This document shows positions 40,097-48,081 of a DNA stretch of 61,900 bases, in pieces. The notes under the pieces are model-generated. The model was not told the DNA's origin, searched no databases, and saw nothing but the letters and a program-made list of their open reading frames with translations. The position numbers were made by a program, and so were the translations under genes. Source of the DNA: a virus (Duplodnaviria > Caudoviricetes); the IMG/VR virus record IMGVR_UViG_3300032227_001666, positions 1 to 61,900 of that record. One strand, 5' to 3'. Position 1 is the stretch's first letter; each line of letters opens with the position of its first letter.

Positions 40097-40392
40097 TCTC
40101 TTGTAGATAGCAATCTAGCTATATTAGAAACTGTACAGTTGCTATTTGTTAAATCTAAGCATTGATTAATTTGATCTTTAGCATTTTGATCTGAATTTGT
40201 GAAAAAATTATTTCCTCTAATTTGATTTGTTATAGTTTCTATTTCTTTTTTATCGTAATCTTTAATTTGTTTGGTATCAAATTCTTCGCCTTTTATGTTC
40301 AAGGTATGCAATATTTCTTTTAAAAATGATCTTGCATCTTTGTAAGACGATGGTTTTTCTTTTTCTTCAAGCCAAATTTTAAAGTTTTCCAT
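40093..40392 (-). CDS. Hypothetical protein, candidate internal head protein
   Basis: Starts MENFKIWLEE at ATG 40392. Confidence 0.65.
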   Translation of the reverse strand: MENFKIWLEEKEKPSSYKDARSFLKEILHTLNIKGEEFDTKQIKDYDKKEIETITNQIRGNNFFTNSDQNAKDQINQCLDLTNSNCTVSNIARLLSTRD

Positions 40393-40393
40393 G

Positions 40394-40407
40394 ATAAATA
40401 TATTTAT
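40394..40407. promoter_or_regulatory. 14-bp palindrome ATAAATATATTTAT; putative bidirectional late promoter
   Basis: Fills the 13-nt gap between divergent ATGs at 40392 and 40406; TAAATA on each strand. Confidence 0.65.
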
Positions 40408-41230
40408 GAGTAAAGATTTTAATTTCAAAGAGTGGATTTCAAAGACTCCTGAAGATATATATGGATTTCCATCATTGCTACCAGAAAAAAAAGACAGAAC
40501 ACCGCTTTATGAACTTGAACCATTAGAACCAATTAAGGTTTCACAAATTTTAAAAGAACTTATTAATTTAGGAAAAATAGGAACTAGAGAACCAAATGCT
40601 TTATTTGAAAACAAAATAGCCTTTGGAACCAATGATGTGGGAAGGCTTATTGTAGAAGTTTCTCCATATGGTTCTTTGAAAATAATTATTAGAAGAATTA
40701 TAAACAATTTACAAGGAGAGAGTGTAGGTGTTTGCAAAAAGATTATACCGTTAATTAATGATTACAATCATATAAGTAATACAGACAATAGTGAAGAATA
40801 CCATATAGCATATGATTTAAATAAATATTTAAATAAACTTGATAGAGAGTCTTTGGAAAAACCATCTAACAAATATGAAGGGCTAAGACATCTTACTGTC
40901 AAAATGGCTCAAAATATGAGAATAAAACATCCTGCTGTAATGATTTACAACGGTGTTGTTCAAAATAATGAAAATTATTATACTATTTATTTTTCATATA
41001 CAGGAGAAGGAGTCGAGGCTCCAGATCATCAAAGAGTAGAACAATTTAATGTAAATATTTCATATGAAAGTGATTTGGGATTAATCAGATGTTGGGGCAA
41101 TGAAATTACGAGTCCTGTTAAGGGGAGAAAATGGAATTTAAAACCAAGTGAATGGGATGAATATTTTACGCCTTCTCAAAAAGATGAAGAAATTATCTAC
41201 GCAATTGCAGAAGCTTTTTCAACTTATTAA
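40406..41230 (+). CDS. Hypothetical protein, candidate internal head protein
   Basis: Starts MSKDFNFKEW. Confidence 0.7.
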   Translation: MSKDFNFKEWISKTPEDIYGFPSLLPEKKDRTPLYELEPLEPIKVSQILKELINLGKIGTREPNALFENKIAFGTNDVGRLIVEVSPYGSLKIIIRRIINNLQGESVGVCKKIIPLINDYNHISNTDNSEEYHIAYDLNKYLNKLDRESLEKPSNKYEGLRHLTVKMAQNMRIKHPAVMIYNGVVQNNENYYTIYFSYTGEGVEAPDHQRVEQFNVNISYESDLGLIRCWGNEITSPVKGRKWNLKPSEWDEYFTPSQKDEEIIYAIAEAFSTY

Positions 41231-41911
41231 TTCATTGGCAAAATACTTATTATACATGTCTTCAATTAACTTTTTATTATAATCTTCATATTGCTTTGTA
41301 TTGGCAATGTCATGAAAATCCACTTGTGTTTCTTTGTCTAATTTACCAATCCATTTGCTACAAAAAACGTACAAAGGACTTATTTTTTTAATAATAATAT
41401 ATTTTAAAATCTCTCCTCTATTTTTAATGAAGTTATCAATAGAATAATCATCTTTAAGTATATCGCTTATTGTTTTTTTTGTTTTGTAAAATTCAGATTC
41501 AAGTGTTGTTTCGACAATTGTATAAATTGCTTTTGTGGTATTATTTGCAACGGCTACTTGTTTTTTCCAAAACAACCATCGATTCATAGCTTTTTTTCCA
41601 TGCAAGCAATTTGTATCTACATTTACATTTTTTCCAGTAGATTGAATCTTTTTCAAAACTTCTAATTGAGCACGAATGTATAGAACATATTGAAATCCTT
41701 TAAATTGATGTTTCTTTTCTCTTACAAATTTTAAAACATTTTTAAAAATATAAGTTTTTCTAATATCACCAGATTTTCCTCCTATTTTTCCATGTCTGTA
41801 ATCAGGAAATATTTTATTAGATAATTCAAACCACCAACATAATAAATTATAAGCAAGAGTTTCATCTTGAGAATATTTGTTTTCCATAGGAATTCTTGGA
41901 TCGTATTTCAT
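41219..41911 (-). CDS. Hypothetical protein (230 aa), divergent from the structured region
   Basis: Long basic, aromatic-rich ORF; no recognised motif. Confidence 0.7.
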   Translation of the reverse strand: MKYDPRIPMENKYSQDETLAYNLLCWWFELSNKIFPDYRHGKIGGKSGDIRKTYIFKNVLKFVREKKHQFKGFQYVLYIRAQLEVLKKIQSTGKNVNVDTNCLHGKKAMNRWLFWKKQVAVANNTTKAIYTIVETTLESEFYKTKKTISDILKDDYSIDNFIKNRGEILKYIIIKKISPLYVFCSKWIGKLDKETQVDFHDIANTKQYEDYNKKLIEDMYNKYFANELIS

Positions 41912-41928
41912 AGTTCTCTAGTTTAAAC

Positions 41929-41956
41929 TTGAATCAGAATTAAACAAGGCTAGAAT
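41929..41956 (+). promoter_or_regulatory. Sigma70-like promoter
   Basis: TTGAAT-16 nt-TAGAAT just upstream of the structured region. Confidence 0.5.
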
Positions 41957-41964
41957 TGTTTTTG

Positions 41965-42350
41965 AAGCTAGTAAGTAGGGTCAAGTGTCTACCCGAAACA
42001 GACTGGCACTTTTTGAAAAGTTTAAAGTAATTTAAATTAATCAAAAAGCAAAACCTGTTTGGACGGAACCCCCTGTTGAACCCACTATGAGCTACGGGAT
42101 CATAGTGAACAAACAGTAGATGAGGTGTGCCTCACTAAACCAAATGGCTGGTTGTTAACATCTCAATTAAACTTGAAATGATTTAACATAGTGATGGTTA
42201 GTAATCTACATAAAAAGACACGTTAGTTTTATCTAGAGAATTTATTCTCTAGGCGAAATTCAAGAGAAAGTTAAAAATTATATAGAACTATTTGTTCTAT
42301 ATTTTTTTAACTTACCCCCCTTGAACCAGCCCCCCGGTGCGGACTGAAAG
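41965..42350 (+). ncRNA. Unclassified multi-helix structured RNA or long 5' leader
   Basis: No ORF of 60 aa or more in ~520 bp; at least seven stems including long-range GGCTGGTT/AACCAGCC; a G-U pair and a GTAA tetraloop favour the plus strand. Confidence 0.6.
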
Positions 42351-42430
42351 TTATATTTAATGTAATTCCATAAAGTACAGTTGTTTTAGATTTTCAATTA
42401 TGTCAAAATTTTTATCTTTCGGGGGAATAA

Positions 42431-43756
42431 TTGATGCAGAGTATGGTTGAGCTTACCCAGCAGATGATTGACGAGCTTGCCAAGGAACAATTCTTGTTTT
42501 TGGAATGGGATCCAGAAGATCCAGATTCAACAACCCGTGTGAATGTATTTGTAAAGATAAAAATATATGGTGTCAAGGGTTTTAATTATAATATTTCTGT
42601 TAATGTTGATAATATGTTTACTGTCTTGAGGCTAATAGAGAGTATATTTGAATACAAGAAAATTCCTGTAATTGGTTATAATTTTAAAACCTTGTTTTCT
42701 CTTTTTATGAGAATTACAGGAAAAATTTTGATTATTAAAAATTTATATGATCTTTACTGGTATGAGTCGTATAAATCGATTTTAAGCTCGAAAGGGGACA
42801 TGGCGAGGGGTGTAGCCAATTTAAAGGCTTTCGTGACGGATAAGCAAATTTTGGGGCTATACAAGAAGGTTTATCTTCCTTTGATTGCTCTTGCTGTTCC
42901 ATCTATGGAATCATTTGGTTTGAGAAATGACGGAACATCGACCAAAGTATATCCAGAGTATATTATTGAAGGTCAAGAAAATGGGAGGCTGTCATGTGTT
43001 TGTTCTAAGAAGAACACTTATAATCCTCATACTTTGAGTAGTGAAAAAGCCAATTTGAAGTTTATAAACAAGTATAATTACTTTATACAGTATGATTTTA
43101 GGAATATGGAAGTGGCAGTATTAGCAGAGTTAGCACAGGATGAGTATTTACTTGAGATCATAAAATCTGGAAAAGACGTTTATAGTTGTATATTTGAAAG
43201 CATAACTGGTATTTCAAATTTAGAAAACTCAAGAGAGCTTGGTAAAAAAATGTTTTTACCGCTTATATATGGACAGACAGCGAACAGTTTATCAAAAGTC
43301 TTAGATATATCCTTTGAGCAATCAGAAAATTACATTCACAAATCTAGAGAGATATTTAAAAATTCTTTTATTTATGTTGAAAGATTTATGAATGATGCTA
43401 AGGCTAATGGTCAGTGCAAGGATGTATTTGGTCGTGTAAGAAAATTAGATGATAATTTGTTTTATAAAGCGAGAAATTTTAGTATACAATCTCCTTCCGC
43501 TTTGATTTGTTTATATTATTTGGTAAAATTATATTGTGGACAAAAAGATTTATTTTCAATAGTGTTTAATGTACATGATGGTTATTGCATAGCAACTAAG
43601 AAAGAAACATCAGTTGAAGCTTATGTTATTGCAAAAAAAATACTTGAAAGTAAAATAGATGTCCTAGAAAATCTTGAATTGAAGACATCGGTGAAAGTGG
43701 GAACATCATTGGAAAAAATGATGACTGTAAAAAGAAACGAAAGGCAAAAAACATGA
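42431..43756 (+). CDS. Compact family A DNA polymerase (polymerase domain, no recognisable exonuclease)
   Basis: NGRLS, motif A DFRNME, motif B RELGKKMFLPLIYG, FGRVR, NFSIQS, motif C VHDG; exact start uncertain. Confidence 0.85.
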   Translation: MMQSMVELTQQMIDELAKEQFLFLEWDPEDPDSTTRVNVFVKIKIYGVKGFNYNISVNVDNMFTVLRLIESIFEYKKIPVIGYNFKTLFSLFMRITGKILIIKNLYDLYWYESYKSILSSKGDMARGVANLKAFVTDKQILGLYKKVYLPLIALAVPSMESFGLRNDGTSTKVYPEYIIEGQENGRLSCVCSKKNTYNPHTLSSEKANLKFINKYNYFIQYDFRNMEVAVLAELAQDEYLLEIIKSGKDVYSCIFESITGISNLENSRELGKKMFLPLIYGQTANSLSKVLDISFEQSENYIHKSREIFKNSFIYVERFMNDAKANGQCKDVFGRVRKLDDNLFYKARNFSIQSPSALICLYYLVKLYCGQKDLFSIVFNVHDGYCIATKKETSVEAYVIAKKILESKIDVLENLELKTSVKVGTSLEKMMTVKRNERQKT

Positions 43757-44310
43757 GTTCTATATATAAAAATTTTCCAATCACTTCTACAGAGTTTACT
43801 AAACTAGAAAAGAAATTTGGACAATTATGTTATTATGCTGCTTGGCAGCTTACTAGGAAGAACTCTAATAATAATCATCAATATGATTTAGATGATTTTC
43901 AACAAGAGTTGATGGTTGCCGTGTTGAGAGCTGGTTCTTATTACAAGAGGCAGCTATTTTTGGATTCTTGTTTTAAATTATTAATTGAAAAAGATTTAGA
44001 CAAAGTCTCACAGGAGGTTTTGCAAGAATTAATAAATTTATGGAAGAACAGAACTCGTCATGGTGCGAATCGGCAAAAGTTTGGTGATTATCAAGAAGAT
44101 ATTTTGGAAAACTTATGTAAAGCTTATTTAAAAAGTAAAGAAAGACCTGACAAACAAGAAGACTTAAGATTTGACACTAAATTTTTTACTTATTGCAAAC
44201 AAATAGTATGGAATGCTCAACGCAATCTTGGTAAAAAGATAACTCGGGAAAAGCCATTGAGAGGCGGACAGGTTAGTCTGTCTGATCATGATTATTTAGT
44301 TTATGGGTGA
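43753..44310 (+). CDS. Sigma-factor region-2-like protein
   Basis: DLDDFQQEL...AVLRA and FFTYCKQIVWNAQRN resemble sigma region 2, split by an insertion. Confidence 0.5.
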   Translation: MSSIYKNFPITSTEFTKLEKKFGQLCYYAAWQLTRKNSNNNHQYDLDDFQQELMVAVLRAGSYYKRQLFLDSCFKLLIEKDLDKVSQEVLQELINLWKNRTRHGANRQKFGDYQEDILENLCKAYLKSKERPDKQEDLRFDTKFFTYCKQIVWNAQRNLGKKITREKPLRGGQVSLSDHDYLVYG

Positions 44311-44313
44311 TGT

Positions 44314-45822
44314 TTGGAAAATCTCAACGATAATGAGAAGAAGATACTTGAGGGTTTAATACCATCAGATACACCCAAAGTTAAATTTAGGTGGGATGAC
44401 AATTTTCAAAGGCGTATATTGGGATTGATACTTACAGATAGGTATTTTCTTGTACAAGCAAGACCATTAATTGAACCTAAATATTTTTCAAATGAGGCTC
44501 ATGTTCTTATTTGTACTAAGTTGTATGAGTATTTTGAACAACATCAAAATGCCCCAGAAATATTCTTTTTGCAGAATGAAGTAATGTCTGCTATTAAAGA
44601 TAAGAGTGATGCTGTAAAGTTATATTATAAAAATGAATTAGAAAATATACTAGAAGCTTTTATTCCGTCTCCAGATAGCAGAGAGGCTTTGTTAGATAAA
44701 ATATTAGCTTTTGCAAAGATGCAGTCTTTGAGAATTGCTATGGATTTGTCACAAAAGGATTTGAAAAAAGACCCAGAAAGTGAAGAGATTTGGACTCAAA
44801 TTTATGAAAGATTCCAAGTCGCCATGAGCGTTAATAAAAACTTTGATGTTGGATTTGAGTATTTCAACGATGTGAATAAAATTTTTGAGGATTTGGATCA
44901 GCAGGTGGACCCCAAAGACAGGTTTACTAGCGGTTTTTCTAAAATAGATAACAGCTTGGCAGGCGGCGGTTGCAAAAGAGGAGAAATATATTCTTTTATT
45001 GGATTGCCTGGAAAAGGAAAATCTTTGTGTTTGGTGAAGGCTTCTGTTGCAAATGTTAAGGAAGGTAAAAAAGTTGTTTATGTTTCTCTTGAAATGTCTG
45101 CAATAGACATTGCCAAAAGATTTACGAGTCAATTTTCTTTAGTTCCACATTCGGACATAGCAAAAAGAAAACAAGAGATTATTGATTTAATTCACATTAC
45201 CACGAAAGAGTTTACTGATAAAAATTTGTTTGTTATCAAGCAGTTTCCATCAGGTACTTTGGATGTTGCTGGTGTTCGGTCATATCTTGATCAATTAAAA
45301 ATGTATGGATTTCATCCAGACTTGGTTATTATTGATTATCCCGGCGAAATGAAAGATGTTCCTGGTATTTCTACATGGGAATCAAAATACAGGATAATGA
45401 GAGATCTAAGAGGATTGTCAACAATTCACAATGTTTGTATGTTTGTGGCAATTCAGCCTAATAAAGCTGCTGCCAGTCATACTTTGGAAGAGTTTATTGA
45501 TGAGTCTGCTATTGGTGGAAGCTTTGATCAGGTCAAACCATTGGATGGTCTTTGGAGTATTAATCAGACAAATGATGAGACCACAGCAGGATATGGTCGT
45601 ATATTTGTTGTGAAGCACAGAAATGGTAAAAGTAAATTTGCTTTTCCGATAAAATACGATCAAGAGACTTTGCAAATATTTGAATCGAATGAAGCGGAAT
45701 ATAGAAAGTCTTTGCAGAATGTTTATACAAACAAAGCTGACGTTGCTAATATAGATGGAAAGCAGCAGAACAAGAACAAGATTGCGGAAATTAAAGAGGA
45801 GGATTTGGATTATGCTGAATAG
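44314..45822 (+). CDS. Replicative helicase (DnaB / T4 gp41-like)
   Basis: SGF..ID, GLPGKGKS, SLEM, IIDY, Q.N, KHRNG motifs. Confidence 0.9.
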   Translation: MENLNDNEKKILEGLIPSDTPKVKFRWDDNFQRRILGLILTDRYFLVQARPLIEPKYFSNEAHVLICTKLYEYFEQHQNAPEIFFLQNEVMSAIKDKSDAVKLYYKNELENILEAFIPSPDSREALLDKILAFAKMQSLRIAMDLSQKDLKKDPESEEIWTQIYERFQVAMSVNKNFDVGFEYFNDVNKIFEDLDQQVDPKDRFTSGFSKIDNSLAGGGCKRGEIYSFIGLPGKGKSLCLVKASVANVKEGKKVVYVSLEMSAIDIAKRFTSQFSLVPHSDIAKRKQEIIDLIHITTKEFTDKNLFVIKQFPSGTLDVAGVRSYLDQLKMYGFHPDLVIIDYPGEMKDVPGISTWESKYRIMRDLRGLSTIHNVCMFVAIQPNKAAASHTLEEFIDESAIGGSFDQVKPLDGLWSINQTNDETTAGYGRIFVVKHRNGKSKFAFPIKYDQETLQIFESNEAEYRKSLQNVYTNKADVANIDGKQQNKNKIAEIKEEDLDYAE

Positions 45823-46249
45823 CGAAGAGTTTAAAATTGGCGACCAAACATATGTTCTTGATCCTGATAATTTAAAATTTACTGATGCAACACTGAATCA
45901 GTTTTTTGAAAAAATATCAGGGATTACAGATTACATAGGCGCAGCACATGCGAGGGCTATGCGTAATCATACGCTTCTGGAACACGCTTACAAACAAAAG
46001 TATATTGAGAAATACAAGGAATTGAAAGAACAAGGAAAGAGCGATAAAACAGCAGAATTGTTTTCCGAAGGAGATATTGAAGTTTCGGTATTGAAAGAGA
46101 GGGTAATAAATGCAAAATATGTCAAAGATAGGATTTACGCTCATCTCGGTGCTTTGAATAGTGCAAGAGATGATGCTCATAATCGTGGGCACATGCTTAG
46201 AAAAGAAATGGACAAGTTGAATATGGATGTTCTTTCAAGTGGAGTTTGA
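45812..46249 (+). CDS. Recombination mediator (UvsY-like), putative
   Basis: Helical protein of ~145 aa with SDKTAE and late R..E motifs; replication context; GGAGG RBS. Confidence 0.5.
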   Translation: MLNSEEFKIGDQTYVLDPDNLKFTDATLNQFFEKISGITDYIGAAHARAMRNHTLLEHAYKQKYIEKYKELKEQGKSDKTAELFSEGDIEVSVLKERVINAKYVKDRIYAHLGALNSARDDAHNRGHMLRKEMDKLNMDVLSSGV

Positions 46250-46259
46250 GGATAAAAGC

Positions 46260-46778
46260 ATGGAAGGTTTAAAAAGAGGCGCTGTAAGAGCAGATGGAAT
46301 GGTTCTTGTTCGAAGAAAGAACGGCGTTGAAATTTGGGGAACAAAAGAACAGCTTGATACATTGAAATTAACAAATCAAAAGTACATGGAAAAAAGAAGA
46401 ACTGAATATAGAAAGATTTCGAAAGAAAAAAAATGGAATATTGGAGATTATAATCCTCAAAACGGATTATATTTTATAAGAAGGTCTGGAAATTTAAATT
46501 GCATATGGGGAACAAAAGATAGATTAGAAAAATATAGAGAGCAAAGAAAGTTAATTAGATTAAAATATGTTGACAACCTAAAAGAAAAAAAGATTGATGT
46601 TAGGGAATCTTATGGTATAAAAAGAAGAAGAGGAGATATTGATCCTATATTGAATAAGATTTTTTGGAAATATAATTCAACTAGTGGCAAGGAGATGTGG
46701 CTTAATAGAGAAACATATTTAAAAAGATTGGCAGTGGAGAAGAGAACAAGGAATCTGCTTAAGTTAAAGAGGATTTAG
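46260..46778 (+). CDS. Basic protein with three internal repeats
   Basis: Three G(A/D)...W units; start at ATG 46260 after GAGG. Confidence 0.65.
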   Translation: MEGLKRGAVRADGMVLVRRKNGVEIWGTKEQLDTLKLTNQKYMEKRRTEYRKISKEKKWNIGDYNPQNGLYFIRRSGNLNCIWGTKDRLEKYREQRKLIRLKYVDNLKEKKIDVRESYGIKRRRGDIDPILNKIFWKYNSTSGKEMWLNRETYLKRLAVEKRTRNLLKLKRI

Positions 46779-46782
46779 AACC

Positions 46783-47667
46783 ATGCAGGAAATTGAATAT
46801 TGGGAAGATGTAGATTTGGCAAGGCTGCAAAAATCTAATGGTCTTGCTGATAAATGGCATAAGTACTTTGGAATTTCTGAAAATTATAAATTCAAGTTTT
46901 TCATAAATATGATGAAAAACAAAGAAGAATATTTGGAAAAACTACCTTCTGAAAAGCAGGATGAGTTTAAAAGCGATTACAAGAATATGTTTTATGCTAA
47001 GTTGTGTGAAAACGCAATATTGAAAAAGTATTATTATTTAATTTTATATTTAATTAGAAAGTTTCAAGTTGATTCTCAGTATCATGATCATTATTTGGAT
47101 TTAGGTTTATTGTCTATAAGACATTCAATATGGTCTTTTCTTGATATAGAAAAGAAGAGTGGGCTTACGACATATGTTTATGCAGGTATTTTCCGTAGAT
47201 TTATGGGAGAAAAAGGCAAAATTATTATTAAAACAAAAAGGAAAAAATATATTAAAATTAAATTTGCTTCCGAATTAAAATCAGCAAGCAAAGATGATCG
47301 TTGTGGTTTTGAAAATGTTTTGGCTGTTGCACAAGAAAGCGTTTCTGAATTAGAGGAATTAGAAACAAATAGTGTTTTTAGTGAAATAATTGCTTCGGCT
47401 AATTTGGATGCTGATGAAAAAGTTCTTTTGAATTTGTATATGCAAAGGGATAATATTCAAAATAATTGGAATTTAAAATATTTTGAATATCATAAACTTA
47501 AGTTTGGTAAAAGCATTACCAAGCAAGCTATTTATAATAAATTATTTAAAACACAAAGAAAAATATGGTCTATTTATACTAAAAAGTTTAATTTGCCTTA
47601 TCAAGATGATAGATTAAGATTTTTAAATAATTCTAATACTAGAAAGTCTAAAAAATATATTGTCTAA
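46783..47667 (+). CDS. Sigma70-family-like protein (putative early/middle sigma)
   Basis: DLGLLSIRHSIWSF...LTTYVYAGI region-2-like; ITKQAI..KL...QRKI region-4-like HTH. Confidence 0.6.
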   Translation: MQEIEYWEDVDLARLQKSNGLADKWHKYFGISENYKFKFFINMMKNKEEYLEKLPSEKQDEFKSDYKNMFYAKLCENAILKKYYYLILYLIRKFQVDSQYHDHYLDLGLLSIRHSIWSFLDIEKKSGLTTYVYAGIFRRFMGEKGKIIIKTKRKKYIKIKFASELKSASKDDRCGFENVLAVAQESVSELEELETNSVFSEIIASANLDADEKVLLNLYMQRDNIQNNWNLKYFEYHKLKFGKSITKQAIYNKLFKTQRKIWSIYTKKFNLPYQDDRLRFLNNSNTRKSKKYIV

Positions 47668-47700
47668 TAGGTTTTTAGAGCATATATACTGTGATACAAT

Positions 47701-48081
47701 ATGGACGAAAAAACCAAGTTTGATAATTTGCCTAAAACAATTATTTGTGATATAGATGGATGTATATTTAAACATATGGGAAACTTATGTAATATGCATT
47801 TAGAAGAGTCTGTTTTGCTAAATGGTGTAAAAGAAAAGTTTGATGAATGGGATAAGAAGGCGTATAGAATTGTTCTTTTGACTGGTCGTAGAGAAAGTAT
47901 GCGTGAAATTACAGAAAAACAGCTTAGAAAGAATGGTTTATTCTGGGATGTGCTTGTAATGGGTGCGACTAGGGGAGAAAGAATTCTTATAAACGATCTT
48001 AAACCTTCATTAGATGTTCCAACAGCAAGTGCCGTTAATCTAATAAGAGATGAAGGTTTAGGATCATGTCAGCATGTTTAA
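47701..48081 (+). CDS. HAD-superfamily phosphatase
   Basis: CDIDG, LLTGR, LIND motifs. Confidence 0.8.
   Translation: MDEKTKFDNLPKTIICDIDGCIFKHMGNLCNMHLEESVLLNGVKEKFDEWDKKAYRIVLLTGRRESMREITEKQLRKNGLFWDVLVMGATRGERILINDLKPSLDVPTASAVNLIRDEGLGSCQHV

Noticed and set aside
41965-42350. Group I or II intron, RNase P, or raiA-motif assignment for the structured region
   Set aside because: It interrupts no ORF, and no P7 core, domain V or GAGGAAAGUCC is recognisable; short matches (GTGCG, GCAAAAC, GCGAAA) are too weak to assign a class.
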